A DNA stretch of 64,000 nucleotides, from contig OZ244034.1 of assembly GCA_965215185.1 (NCBI GenBank), positions 1,632,001-1,696,000 of the forward strand, given 5' to 3'. The notes beneath the pieces were generated by a model. That model saw only the letters and a list, made by a program, of their open reading frames with translations. It made no database searches and was not told the DNA's origin. Origin of the DNA: Acidimicrobiia bacterium. Its GTDB lineage: Bacteria > Actinomycetota > Acidimicrobiia > Spongiisociales > ZC4RG35. Shown here piece after piece: positions 1 to 10,152 of the stretch (the stretch's first letter is position 1; each line of letters opens with the position of its first letter). The position numbers and the translations under genes were made by a program.

Positions 1-109
1 AATAAATGGACCAGACATCTTGGTGGCCTGTGGGCCACCACCCCTGACCTGCGACTTCGATGGGACTCCACATGAGGCTCCACATTCAAACCGGGAAGGC
101 TCCACATTT
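1..109 (+). repeat. Array junction module, copy 1 (ATAAATGGACCA-7nt-TGGTGG...CTCCACATTT), cut by the window start
   Basis: Same sequence as the modules at 1.6, 7.2, 9.6, 21.4, 27.8 and 29.4 kb; ends ctccacattt at 100-109. Confidence 0.9.
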
Positions 110-278
110 AAGTAACCGCCGGGTTCTTTCCGCAAGGTAGCGGACCGTGGGTATATCCTGTTTCATAGCTGAAGTGGTTGGCACAGAACCGCCGCAGCAC
201 TGTCTCGCTGGACATCACCGGATCAGCGCTGGTGGCTTCCAATAGATTAGGTTGCCAACTCCGCAAACAGGTAGCAGA

Positions 279-686
279 TTACGGCAGGTACCTGATCCGA
301 TAGTCCCATCCGCCCCTTTGTGGATCCGACAGGTCATCGGCCTCTATCAGGATATCTTCGGCTAGTCCCCTCAAAGTGATGTTTCTACTAGCTGGGAGGT
401 CTCTTGGCCTGGCTACCACAATCATGCCTTTCATAAGGAGGCCCTGTTCTGCGACGAGTGCGCTGGCCGTATAGGGCATGGTGGTGCGGTCATGTGTCAG
501 TACCACCCGGTTGTTGCCGGAGGCCCACCGTAGGATTGCGGTGTCGGATGCTCCCGACAACCCGACCTCTCTGTCCTGCACCCGAACCAAGTCAACTGGT
601 AGGTTGTTGATGGATGCCAGCCTTGGCAGGGCTTCGGTCAGGTAGCCGTGAAAGTCCTCGTCCGTAACAAACCGGATGGGAGCCAT
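279..686 (-). CDS. DUF5615/VapC45-like PIN-fold toxin
   Basis: FVTDED N-terminus, GLSGASDxxILxWA, RVVLTHD motifs; directly downstream of a DUF433 gene. Confidence 0.8.
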   Translation of the reverse strand: MAPIRFVTDEDFHGYLTEALPRLASINNLPVDLVRVQDREVGLSGASDTAILRWASGNNRVVLTHDRTTMPYTASALVAEQGLLMKGMIVVARPRDLPASRNITLRGLAEDILIEADDLSDPQRGGWDYRIRYLP

Positions 687-692
687 GAGACT

Positions 693-1046
693 CTACGCGG
701 GTTGCGTTTTCGGCAGCCTGTACGGAAGGCCCTTTCTTGATCGCGTGTTCCCATCCACATGCGGAGCGATCTCGTCCATGACAACTATCGCTTGCTGTTC
801 GCTCCACTCCATGTACGCATCCACTTCTTCCCGACGGGTGTGGTGCCAATCTATGATCTGTTGGGCCTGGTCAAAACTCAAAGTGTCATATATGGCCACG
901 ACATCAGCGGCCCGCGTGTAGCCCTCGTACAGCACCGCTATGACGCTTTGTAGCTTCAGTCGGCTGCCCACGATCCGGACCATTCCGGTTTCTCGGTCCA
1001 CCCAAAGCGGCACCTTCTCATCGGGAGATATCTCTATCGGGCGCAC
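693..1046 (-). CDS. DUF433 (VapB45-like) antitoxin
   Basis: G-x-VRIVGSRLxLxxVI...Y...LS...I..Y/H pattern; GTG at 1046 after AGAGG; the longer track ORF runs into antisense of the transposase remnant. Confidence 0.75.
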   Translation of the reverse strand: MRPIEISPDEKVPLWVDRETGMVRIVGSRLKLQSVIAVLYEGYTRAADVVAIYDTLSFDQAQQIIDWHHTRREEVDAYMEWSEQQAIVVMDEIAPHVDGNTRSRKGLPYRLPKTQPA

Positions 1047-1079
1047 TGTGCCTCTTCTCGCTTGGAACTTGATTATACC

Positions 1080-1745
1080 AAAGACAAACAATGCTGTCAT
1101 GGCATGGTCAGCATCCCAGTCGACCTTCTCGACGCTTACCAGGACATTCCCTTCGGCACCCCCGCCTGGAAACGGAGCTACGGCCGTCGTAACCCCAGCG
1201 AGAAAACCTTCTCCATGATCAAGGACAAAGGCGGCCTGAAAGCCGGATGGTGCCGGGCTTTCGGTCTCGCCGATCACACCATCGGCGTGTTGGCTCTAGC
1301 CATCGCTCACAACCTCAAACAAACCTTCAGGGTCGAAAGAACCCAAACCCAAAAGCCCACCGCTCCGGCCAGGCCCAAGAGTCACCAACCGACCCGCAGG
1401 AACATCAGCGCCGACAGCCTCTCCGCACGGGCACCGCCCGCATAGGCACACAGCCCGCACCCGGCGCCGACAGTAAACCCCTTACTGTCGGCTTTGCCGC
1501 GCCCGGAAAACCAATACCGGCACCCCCAAACCTCCCAACGCACCCAAGAACCCCCACAGCACGCCGACAGGCACAAGAAAGGCCCGAAAACAGGCAAAAA
1601 AAGGAGAAAAACGACCTAACTGGTCCACTTATTTCGAATAAATGGACCAGAGGTCGCAGTGGCCTATGGGCCACCAACCCTGGCCTGGGCCTCCGCAGGG
1701 CCTCCGCATAGGACTCCACATTCAAACGAGGGTGGCTCCACATTT
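1080..1745 (+). mobile_element. 5'-truncated DDE transposase remnant plus junction module, copy 2
   Basis: Encodes YGRRNPSEKTFSMIK (Y-x2-R-x3-E-x6-K) ... ARAPP stop, then GCCGACAGTAA hairpin and the conserved end. Confidence 0.9.
1465..1496 (+). terminator. Hairpin after transposase stop (GCCGACAGTAA-loop-TTACTGTCGGC-TTT), repeated in many copies
   Basis: 11-bp stem followed by short T run; also near 7062, 9463, 27595, 29213, 30878, 38608, 40214. Confidence 0.55.
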
Positions 1746-1781
1746 GCCGGGCGATCTTCATAGGCAAGGCCCCCGAGCGGC

Positions 1782-2078
1782 TTGGGACATCCCATTAACA
1801 TGGGTTACATGGCATTGAGGCGAGACCGCAAGGTCGCCACCACTCATCCGCAGGCGGGGCTAGAGGAAGCCATTAGGGAGGAGCAGGATTTTCTTGATCG
1901 GCGCTATCCCGCCGATTGGGACTACTACGAAGAAGTGGTGGCGAAAAACCCGCCCAACGGTGAGGTGACAATACCGCACCGGATCACAGGAGACCCCGTG
2001 CGGATCGATTTGCTCACTGTCACACCAGACGAGATCATCGAACAGTGCGGATTCCCCGACCACCTGCAGGAGCAATCC
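1782..2078 (+). pseudogene. Truncated copy of family-A partner gene (full copy at 5280-5678)
   Basis: Identical to the reverse complement of ~5381-5678 until ...QEQS, then diverges. Confidence 0.8.
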
Positions 2079-2179
2079 GGAAACGCCGAGAGGACATCCA
2101 AGTGTCCGTCCGGCTCCGCATCGAACAATCGGGGGCATCCTGACTCGCGAACGGCCAATATCTCCCCCATTAGACACCC

Positions 2180-2685
2180 GAACACCGCGGGACTTTTCTA
2201 AGGAACTTGCGACTTCTCCCTGGTATCCCGACCCGCCAACTTGTTGTGGTGCCGACCAACCGGCCGAATTGGTGGGCACATCTGATGAACCTGTCCAGAT
2301 ATTGTTTGGTCGGACCGTTGACAAGATTCCGCATCTTGTCAACCACTGGAAAGCGCATCGCATGCGCTACGAGTGACAGGCGTTAGGGCAGTTCGTGAAA
2401 GACTGGAACAGTCTCCCCCACTATCGAAATTGCATGCTGTCCAAGCCCATCCGGGGAGCCGTTGGAAACCCAAAGTTGGCGTATATAGCGGCCACCGTAC
2501 ACGCGTTGTGTCTACGAGACGAGTGGCCCGTGCCAAACTGGGTACACAAATTCGTGGCCGATGACTTGTTCATAGGACGATTCACAAGAGAACAGTGGGA
2601 AAGCAACACCCCCGACATCATTGCGCTGAAGAAGCATCTCCATCCAGTGGGACAAGCACACAACGTAGTGTTGGAGCAGTTCTGA
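2180..2685 (+). pseudogene. Degraded antitoxin-like partner of a nucleotidyltransferase
   Basis: Frame of 2395-2685 continues upstream through a TGA near 2374; AYIAATVHALC..WPVPxW motif; TGATG overlap with next gene. Confidence 0.4.
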
Positions 2686-3030
2686 TGCGGATAACGCCAG
2701 AGCACCTCACCTCCAACCAGATGCTTTTCCTCTTGAAAGAACTGGACCGCTAACTGGTATTGATGTCCATCAGGAACACCGAGTCGGTCCTAGTCGGTGG
2801 CGCAGCCATGGCGGTCCGCCCATCGGATCGTGAGTCAGTGGACATCGACTCTATTTCTAGGCTTTCCACTGACTTGAAAACAGCCATCGCCAGCGTCGCC
2901 CGAAGACACCCGGGATTGTCGCCCGACTGGTTAAATGACCACGCGGCGGTGTTTCGCTTGCGGATGGACACGGAAGAAACCTTGTGGTACGAAGGCGAAC
3001 GCCTTCGGGTTAATATCGCAGACCCAAAAG
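2685..3030 (+). pseudogene. DUF6036-like nucleotidyltransferase, premature TAA at 2751 and 3' truncated
   Basis: LVGGAAMA...RxSxDID...GLxxDWLND motifs; ATG at 2685 then in-frame stop after 22 codons. Confidence 0.7.
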
Positions 3031-3430
3031 GTCCACACCACCAGCAGCAGCATCCGCCACCACCCCAGCAGCCGCGGGAATCGACCGCGCCATCGCCAAA
3101 CCTAAGTCCAATCAGCCCTCTAGCGGGGGTCCGGGTCTCGAAGAGGCTGTGGCCTCTTGCTCGTCAGGGCACAGAGAGGGTAAAGATCCTTCACATCGGG
3201 ACAGAGCGCCCCCTCTGTTGCGTTCCTGCCGGACGCAACCTGTGAACCTACTGGCCGAGTAGGAGAATCGTTACACCGCCCCTCACTTAGTGCACCAAGC
3301 GTTACAGACCAGACAGAGAGCTGTTGACGTAACAGCCCTCCCATTTGAGGACCAACAGTAGGCAACCGCTATCCCGAAGAAAGTGCGGGGTGCTAATGTG
3401 TAGTGGTTAAGGGGCAAGAAGAACCAGCTA

Positions 3431-3799
3431 ATGGGCTTGTTACAAATCGGAGAGCATGAGAACGTGCCACTTGTAGTGGACCGCGAATATGGAATGATCC
3501 GTATCCCGGGAACCCGCCTGAAACTGCAAACGGTGATAGGCATGTATTACATGGGCTGCTCCAACCCCGAGGAGATGGCTCGAAGGTTCGACAGCCTGGA
3601 CGCGGAAACAGCGAAACGCATCTTAGATTGGTATCACACCCGACAAAAAGACGTAGATGCCTATATGGAATGGGTTGAGCTAAGAGCGGAAGCCGTCAGA
3701 GCCGAGCTAGAACCGCGTGTGGCCATGCACCGGGACCGTGCTCGGCGGAGAAGGCTAACCGGCAACCGTCACAGCAATGTTCGCACTGTTGGTGGATGA
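3431..3799 (+). CDS. DUF433 antitoxin (second, diverged paralog)
   Basis: VPLxVDRExGMIRIxGTRLKLQxVI, clearly homologous to 693-1046. Confidence 0.8.
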   Translation: MGLLQIGEHENVPLVVDREYGMIRIPGTRLKLQTVIGMYYMGCSNPEEMARRFDSLDAETAKRILDWYHTRQKDVDAYMEWVELRAEAVRAELEPRVAMHRDRARRRRLTGNRHSNVRTVGG

Positions 3800-3878
3800 G
3801 GACTTTGACAGAAACGTCTTAGCTGCCATCGAGAACGTGGCGCTGAGATACGACACCTCCATTCATACAGCCCGGGTA
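3777..3878 (+). pseudogene. 5' fragment of DUF5615 PIN-like toxin, truncated at junction module
   Basis: MFALLVDEDF..RVPEV matches N-terminus of 279-686; runs into module at ~3878. Confidence 0.7.
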
Positions 3879-3977
3879 CCAGAGGTCGCGGTGGCCTGTC
3901 GGCCATCACCCTTGACCTGCGGCGCAGTAGGGGCTCCACATAGGACTCCACATTCAAACTGGGAAGGCTCCACATTT
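3878..3977 (+). repeat. Junction module, copy 3 (no transposase remnant)
   Basis: ACCAGAGGTCGCGGTGG...CTCCACATAGGACTCCACATTCAAACTGGGAAGGCTCCACATTT. Confidence 0.9.
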
Positions 3978-4070
3978 GCTGGGCCGAAGCTCTGATAGCG
4001 GCGACTATATGATGTGTTAACCGGCATTGTCCGCACACTTACCGGCACACCGCCACTAGGACGGTTCCGG

Positions 4071-4373
4071 TTAGCGATACCGGGCATGAAACACGGAACG
4101 CTCTTCATGCGGCTCTCGGAAATCCCGGCGGAAACCGATTTGCAGCAAACGCCTACCAGAAACCTCCGCAACGGCCATGGTGGGGCGAACGATCCTTATC
4201 CCCCCACCGTACACCACATCCCATTTGGTTGGCCATCCCTTATAGGTGTCCGCTTCAGAGGGGTACAACGAAAGAAGGTACTCGATGTCCGATTTCAACA
4301 CGCGGTTCTTGAAAACGGGGCCACGATAGACGATTTTTGCCTCGTCTGAGGGCCAGTACATGTAGGGAGGCAC
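4071..4373 (-). CDS. Family-B small protein, putative BrnT/RelE-like toxin (cassette copy 1 of 3)
   Basis: MP..WP start, C-terminal VFHA motif; paralogs at 9832, 29585, 19841, 32459, 39227. Confidence 0.6.
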   Translation of the reverse strand: MPPYMYWPSDEAKIVYRGPVFKNRVLKSDIEYLLSLYPSEADTYKGWPTKWDVVYGGGIRIVRPTMAVAEVSGRRLLQIGFRRDFREPHEERSVFHARYR

Positions 4374-4391
4374 CAGATCCCCCTCCTGGTT

Positions 4392-4760
4392 TTAGTCCCC
4401 CAGCAGAGGAACGGTTCGTTCTGGTCCGTCGTAATGCTCAAGGAAGTGCTCAGCGAAAGCGCGATATCGCAATCGTCGTTGCTCTCTCTGTTCCTCGGGC
4501 ACAGCGCACTCTCTCATGATGTCATCCAAGGTGACCGTTAGGATGTCGAACCACACGAATCTGTCTTCGGTGCAGTGGCCAGTAGCAAACAGCGTGTCCC
4601 CTGGAGTGAAAGCTCCGTTTTCTGTTATGTAATCGGAGTACTCTTCCATCCCCCTGTCGATTTCTTCCTCAGATATGTCGTGGCTTAGATCCACGGTGGA
4701 GGTGTCTAACGCGGGGCTATTCATAGCGCACAGCATAACGCTCTCAACGGCCAACGGCAT
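4392..4760 (-). CDS. Family-A acidic protein, putative antitoxin (copy 1 of 3)
   Basis: FDILTVTxDDIxxEC.xP ... RTVPLL motif; upstream of a family-B gene. Confidence 0.6.
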   Translation of the reverse strand: MPLAVESVMLCAMNSPALDTSTVDLSHDISEEEIDRGMEEYSDYITENGAFTPGDTLFATGHCTEDRFVWFDILTVTLDDIMRECAVPEEQREQRRLRYRAFAEHFLEHYDGPERTVPLLGD

Positions 4761-4822
4761 TCCACATTCAGGTACCGATCTGCTCTGTTTCAGCGACGGT
4801 AGGCGGCCGAACAGCCCCTAGC

Positions 4823-5131
4823 CCAACCGGCCGCTGTGGCGGTGGACACGAAACCGCAAACTCGACAACGGCGGCGGCCAGTTCTCCTGTTCCCAGTGCG
4901 CCGGGAGGGTCACCACCAACGCCAAAACCCGCAACACCAGCGTCGTGCCAGCTGACACCGCTCCGTTCCTGCCCATCGAAGACGAACAATGCTGCCATGG
5001 CAAGGTCAGCGTCCCGGTCGACCTGCTCGATGCCTACCAAGACATCCCCTTCGGCACTCCCGCACACGACAAAAGCTACGGACGTCGCAACCCCGTCGAG
5101 AAAACCTTTTCCATGATCAAGGACAAAGGCG
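4823..5131 (+). mobile_element. Transposase remnant cut after KDKGG by an inverted segment
   Basis: LWRWTRNRKLDNGGGQFSCSQC...YGRRNPVEKTFSMIKDKGG. Confidence 0.85.
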
Positions 5132-5134
5132 GCC

Positions 5135-5253
5135 GCCCTCCTTACCCCATGCTTGGATGCTGAACGAGCAAAGAGGACGATGACATCCTCGACGCCTGGC
5201 CAGAAGAGGCCTTGGTAATACTCTAAGGGTTCTGGGTGCGCCCAACAGGGCAT
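5135..5253 (-). pseudogene. 5' fragment of family-B toxin-like gene
   Basis: MPCWAHPEPLEYYQGLFWP..ASKHGV resembles N-terminus of 19841-20233. Confidence 0.6.
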
Positions 5254-5279
5254 GGATGATCGCTGATTCCTATTGACAC

Positions 5280-5678
5280 CTAAGGGCTATCTTCTTCATC
5301 CAAAAGGGGGATGGAATCGGGAAGAAGTCGCTGGTCCCAATAGGGCAATCGTGCTTTTAGAAACAAGCGGTATGGTTCGAGGGATTGCTCCTGCAGGTGG
5401 TCGGGGAATCCGCACTGTTCGATGATCTCGTCTGGTGTGACAGTGAGCAAATCGATCCGCACGGGGTCTCCTGTGATCCGGTGCGGTATTGTCACCTCAC
5501 CGTTGGGCGGGTTTTTCGCCACCACTTCTTCGTAGTAGTCCCAATCGGCGGGATAGCGCCGATCAAGAAAATCCTGCTCCTCCCTAATGGCTTCCTCTAG
5601 CCCCGCCTGCGGATGAGTGGTGGCGACCTTGCGGTCTCGCCTCAATGCCATGTAACCCATGTTAATGGGATGTCCCAA
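5280..5678 (-). CDS. Family-A protein, putative antitoxin
   Basis: IDLLTVTPDEIIEQCGFP...SIPLL; homologous to 19385-19798. Confidence 0.65.
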   Translation of the reverse strand: MGHPINMGYMALRRDRKVATTHPQAGLEEAIREEQDFLDRRYPADWDYYEEVVAKNPPNGEVTIPHRITGDPVRIDLLTVTPDEIIEQCGFPDHLQEQSLEPYRLFLKARLPYWDQRLLPDSIPLLDEEDSP

Positions 5679-5824
5679 GCCGCTCGGGGGCCTTGCCTAT
5701 GAAGATCGCCCGGCAAATGTGGAGCCCTCCCGGGTTGATCAGGGCATCCGATTTCAGCGCCAAGCGGTAGGCATCCGTATGTGTCGTTGACTTGGGCTTT
5801 GGCCGGATCGGGAATTTGGAACGG

Positions 5825-6352
5825 TCAATACCTCACCGATGGCCATTCCTCCCTCAACTCCCAAGAAAGGCTGTCTTTGCTAGTTCTCCCAACAAAAACG
5901 GCCATGATGCGATCCTGCCCTGTAGAGGAAAAGGAAACAACCGCCTGCAACCCTGACAGATACGCTTCTCTGCCTATGGCCCGGCATATTCGATGGTCGT
6001 CCGATGTCAGGTCCTGTTGGGACACTCCCACCGATTCCATGCTTGCTGGGATAGTGAGATCCAATACTCTTTCCAGGTCAACGCCGTAATTGTAGAGATT
6101 CTTGCGGGGCACCACTACGGGCACGGAATGGTTATGGGCAAGCCAAAGTGCCCTGTCGACCTGTTTGTCGTACTCAGCGACAGCGCAGGCCCTGGTTGTG
6201 CAGAGATACACAGTAAAGACTCCCTTGGGATTGAACCTGCCTCCATTCCACCAAGCACCCACCCCGCTGGACGGATCGTGCTCTGGGCTGCAATGCCTCC
6301 ACGCCACACCCCTATAGGATGTTGTTGGCAAGTCGGACAGCAAGAACCTCAA
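5825..6352 (-). CDS. RES-domain toxin
   Basis: WR...SGxGA..xGGRFNP...YL...A.AE...C.xIG..A...GLQA...S pattern. Confidence 0.85.
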   Translation of the reverse strand: MRFLLSDLPTTSYRGVAWRHCSPEHDPSSGVGAWWNGGRFNPKGVFTVYLCTTRACAVAEYDKQVDRALWLAHNHSVPVVVPRKNLYNYGVDLERVLDLTIPASMESVGVSQQDLTSDDHRICRAIGREAYLSGLQAVVSFSSTGQDRIMAVFVGRTSKDSLSWELREEWPSVRY

Positions 6353-6649
6353 CTACGCTGGGAGAAAATCGGCTTCCACAGCCAAGAAGCCATGGGCACC
6401 GCGATAGTCGCCCTCCCTGAGATAATCCATCAATGTACCTCGGTTGCCTCTCTGGATACCCGGCTGCCAGGGGACATACCTCTCGACAGGATGGTACATC
6501 CGCACGACCTTTTCGATGACCGTCCTGATGTCGTCGAAGTCCTGCTGAGAAACCTCTTCCGGGCAACGCACCTCGGAAAGTCCCCTTTCCAGCATGTCCC
6601 CCACCAATGCGTCCAAGCTCGTGGTTCCCTCAGGTTGAGGCAGTGTCAT
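6353..6649 (-). CDS. Putative antitoxin partner of RES toxin
   Basis: Abuts RES gene; homologous to 28502-28828 (both end FLPA). Confidence 0.65.
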   Translation of the reverse strand: MTLPQPEGTTSLDALVGDMLERGLSEVRCPEEVSQQDFDDIRTVIEKVVRMYHPVERYVPWQPGIQRGNRGTLMDYLREGDYRGAHGFLAVEADFLPA

Positions 6650-6794
6650 ACCGTCGGATAATAACACCACCGTTCTGGACCAGGCACAGAGGTTGCCCTG
6701 CATCACTGGGGGAACGGCACCTACCAAATCGGCCCACCGGCGCTCATTGCAAAGCATCTCCCTTGCTCCTTTTCCGCTCTAGCCACTCCACCCC

Positions 6795-7330
6795 CTCCGA
6801 AGGAGCCACCAAGTGGCATGCGAACCGGGCGCTGTGGCGGTGGGCACGAAACCGCAAACTCGACGACGGCGGCGGCCAGTTCTCCTGCTCCCAGTGCGCC
6901 GGGAGGGTCACCACCAACGCCAAAACCCGCAACCCTGACACGGTTCCCAACAAGACCGCTCCGTTCCTGCCCCAAAAACTTCGAACCGACCCGCCGCAAC
7001 ATCCTCGCCGACAGCCTCACCGCACGGGCACCGCCCGACTAGGCACACAGCCCGTACCCGGCACCGACAGTAACCCTTACTGTCGGCTTTAGCGCGCCCG
7101 AAAAACCCAAACCGGCCACCCAAACCTCCCAACGCACCCAGAACCCATCACAGCACGCCGACACAGGCACAAGAAATGCCCGAAAACAGGCACAAAAGGA
7201 AGAAAAACGACCTAACTGGGCCCACTTATTTGAGATAAATGGACCAGAGACCTTGGTGGCCTGTGTGCCACCACCCCTGACCTGGGACTCCGCAGGGGCT
7301 CCACATTCAAACCGGGAAGGCTCCACATTT
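6795..7330 (+). mobile_element. Transposase remnant with internal deletion (~6972) plus junction module
   Basis: NRALWRW...TAPFLP joined directly to the KNFEPTRR region; end ctccacattt 7321-7330. Confidence 0.9.
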
Positions 7331-7433
7331 GCTGGCCGATGCTCTGATGCAGAGGGCACCCATGGTGCGGGTGGAGGCCATTGCCTGCAATTTGGGACCC
7401 TCCCGCTCCTGGGAGGGTACTTATCATGAGGCT

Positions 7434-7784
7434 ATGAGGCAGACCGTGCCCGCAGGTGCTTTGCAGGAGTCCAAGGTTGACCCCGACGAGATCCGCGACC
7501 GGTTCCGGCACTTGTTCGATGTGTGGGACAAAGACACTTTCATTTTTTCTTTTCCCTACCAGATATTCAACCATTGGGCATACGAAGAACTCGTGAGCCT
7601 CGGCGAACCAGCCGTTCCTTACATGCTGGGAGAATTGCAGAGGGGCTACCCGGATATTGTGAGGGCGTTGCGCACCATTTCTGGGGAATCTCTCGTCCAA
7701 GGCCTGGGGTTGACCACAGAAGAGGTTATGGAGAGATGGCTGGCCTGGGGGGTAGAGAAAGGGCATGTCCCTACCGTCGCGTGA
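7434..7784 (+). CDS. Hypothetical protein (HEAT-like helical), partner of papain-like gene; copy 1 of 2
   Basis: Near-identical to 22790-23140; LGEPAVPYML...ALxTISGE. Confidence 0.65.
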   Translation: MRQTVPAGALQESKVDPDEIRDRFRHLFDVWDKDTFIFSFPYQIFNHWAYEELVSLGEPAVPYMLGELQRGYPDIVRALRTISGESLVQGLGLTTEEVMERWLAWGVEKGHVPTVA

Positions 7785-7930
7785 TGACGCGATAGAAACA
7801 CTGTTTCCCGAGTTCGCTTCTGGCTACTCGTGGATAGCAAGCCCACCTGACGACAGATGCAACTGCATGGCCTTTGCTGTGGGAGACACGGACAAAAGAT
7901 GATCGCCAATAAAGGACGGTAACGAAGAGC
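7765..7930 (+). pseudogene. Decayed 5' part of papain-like (DUF7689-like) gene
   Basis: Matches start of 23121-23585 with indels and truncation. Confidence 0.7.
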
Positions 7931-8020
7931 GGCACCGGATCATCCAGCGGAGTCACTCGGATATTCGTACCCGATCGAAAAAGGAACCGGTTGAACTGTG
8001 AGGATTCTCCTAGGCGTTGT

Positions 8021-9094
8021 TTACCAGGGAGCGCCCCACCCGTGCGGCGGTGTCCCATCGGGATATAGCCAGTAGCGGTCAGACATTCTATCGTAAATGG
8101 ACGCAACCGTTCGGCGCACTCTGTTGATGCCTGTTCTAAGGTCTTCGGTGTTGGGTATCTCGCTCTTGGAAACCCGGCCTTCGACTATCGCCACGGCCGC
8201 TTCTGATATTGTGACCACAGCCTCTGTATATGTGACTGTGTTCTCCACCAATACAGATGCCAGGTTTGCTGTCTGATCGGCCACGGTGGCGGAGGCTCTG
8301 CCCAACTCCGCGGTGCTGTCCTCGCTTCGAGCCAGGTCTGCTCGGTGCGATGCCCCTGCTCTCCACTCTTCCACCCACTTCAGGTCAATGCCCTCGAGCC
8401 AGGAATCCAGATCGTCGAGTCCGTAGCGTTTCAGGTCGTCGTAGAGCGGCAGCAGGTCATGGGAGGTGACGCTGTACGGAGCCCCGATCAGGTGGCACAG
8501 CACAACGAAAGACTGTTCCACCGCCATGTGTAGATGAGAGTTGATGGTTCCCAGCCTGGCCCAGACCGCACTCCAGTATTCTTCTTGCTCCTGGTCGCGG
8601 GCAATTTTGATCTCCTCGCTGTCGGGAGTCATGTCGCGAAGGGCCGCATACAAGTCGGTGTATGTGTTGTTGAGAGAAGCCGCTACAGCGGCGGATCTTA
8701 TCCGTTGCGGGACCATCTTCTTATTCCAGTTGACGCCGGGTCCGGGTGGTTGATGCTTCAGCCATATACCCTCTCGGGAGGCGCTACTCTCCAATGTGGA
8801 GGGCCACTTTTTCCATGATAGCCATCCGGGCCAGTCCGTCAGCACGACTTCTACTTTCCACCCGCATGCTCGCCTGCCCCGTTTCAACAGCGCCAATTCC
8901 ATGCCGGCTCTTTCGGATGTTTCCACGTCGTCTACTACGCACATCAGGTCGATATCCGACCAAGGCCCAGCTTCGCCGCGTGCCACGGAACCGAACAACA
9001 TCACGCTCCCCGGGAGCACCTCGGCCGCCCGGCGGGCATCGTGGATCGTCGGGACGGGTCCGTCGCGGGCAGGGGCCTCAGTCATGATCTCCAT
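8021..9094 (-). CDS. Fused minimal nucleotidyltransferase (MNT)-HEPN protein, copy 1 of 2
   Basis: LFGSVARG...SDIDL N-terminus; SHDLxxL and R-x4-H (RAGASH) in C-terminal part. Confidence 0.75.
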   Translation of the reverse strand: MEIMTEAPARDGPVPTIHDARRAAEVLPGSVMLFGSVARGEAGPWSDIDLMCVVDDVETSERAGMELALLKRGRRACGWKVEVVLTDWPGWLSWKKWPSTLESSASREGIWLKHQPPGPGVNWNKKMVPQRIRSAAVAASLNNTYTDLYAALRDMTPDSEEIKIARDQEQEEYWSAVWARLGTINSHLHMAVEQSFVVLCHLIGAPYSVTSHDLLPLYDDLKRYGLDDLDSWLEGIDLKWVEEWRAGASHRADLARSEDSTAELGRASATVADQTANLASVLVENTVTYTEAVVTISEAAVAIVEGRVSKSEIPNTEDLRTGINRVRRTVASIYDRMSDRYWLYPDGTPPHGWGAPW

Positions 9095-9189
9095 AGCCTA
9101 GATGTACTTCCTAGGGATGAGGTTGACGGTCTGGGTGCCTGGTTGTTGAGCGTCAACTACGGGCAGGGATTCACTTTCAGGGGAAAAGC

Positions 9190-9740
9190 CCCAGCGAGAA
9201 AACCATCTCCATGATCAAGGACAAAGGCGCACTCAAAGCCGGATGGTGCCGCTCTTTCGGTCTCGCCGCACACACCATCGGCGTGCTGACACTAGCTATT
9301 GCTCACAACGTCAAACAAACCCTCAGGATCGAGAGAACCAAAACAGAAAAGCCCACTTCTTCGGCCAGGCCGGAGAATTTCGAGCCTACCCGCAGGAAGG
9401 TCAGCGGCGACAGCCTCACCCCCAGGGCACCGCCCGACTAAGACACACCGCCTCCACCCGGTGCCGACAGTAAACCCTTACTGTCGGCTTCAGCGCGCCC
9501 GAAATGCCTTAACCGGCACCCCCAAACCTCCCAACCCACACAGAACCCCTCACAGCACGCCGACAGACACAAGAAATGCCCGAAAACAGGCACAAAAGGA
9601 AGAAAAACGACCTAACTGGCCCACTTATTTGAGATAAATGAACCAGACATCCTGGTGGCCTGTGGTCCACCACTCCTGACCTGGCCTCGGCAGGGGTTCC
9701 ACATAGGACTCCACATTCAAACTGGGAGGGCTCCACATTT
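9190..9740 (+). mobile_element. Transposase remnant plus junction module
   Basis: PSEKTISMIKDKG...PRAPPD; end at 9740. Confidence 0.9.
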
Positions 9741-9831
9741 GCTGGCCGAAGCTCTGATAGCAGCGGCTATGTGGTGTGATAACAGGCATTATTCGCACAC
9801 TTGCCGGCCACCGCCCCTAGGACGGTTCCGG

Positions 9832-10134
9832 TTAGAGATGCCGGGCATGAAACACGGAACACTCTTCGTACGGTTTTCGGAGATACTCACGGAAACCGAT
9901 TTCCAGCAAGCGTCCGCCAGAAACCTCCGCAACGGCCATGGTGGATCGAACGACCCTTTTCCCCCCACCGTACACCTCATCCCATTCGGACGGCGTTCCC
10001 TTATGGGTGTGCGCTTCAAAGAAATACAACGCAAGAACATCCAAGATGTCCGCTTTCAACACGCGGTTGTCGAAAGCGGAGCAACGATAGACGATTTTTG
10101 CCTCGTCTGAGGGCCAGTACATGTAGGGAGGCAC
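9832..10134 (-). CDS. Family-B toxin-like protein (cassette copy 2 of 3)
   Basis: Diverged copy of 4071-4373. Confidence 0.6.
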   Translation of the reverse strand: MPPYMYWPSDEAKIVYRCSAFDNRVLKADILDVLALYFFEAHTHKGTPSEWDEVYGGGKRVVRSTMAVAEVSGGRLLEIGFREYLRKPYEECSVFHARHL

Positions 10135-10152
10135 CAGATCCCCCTCCTGGTT

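Noticed and set aside
1247-1767. Recurrent ORFs across the module (e.g. MWSLPGLNVES..., KWTRG...)
   Set aside because: Frames are not conserved between copies; they are by-products of the repeated non-coding end.
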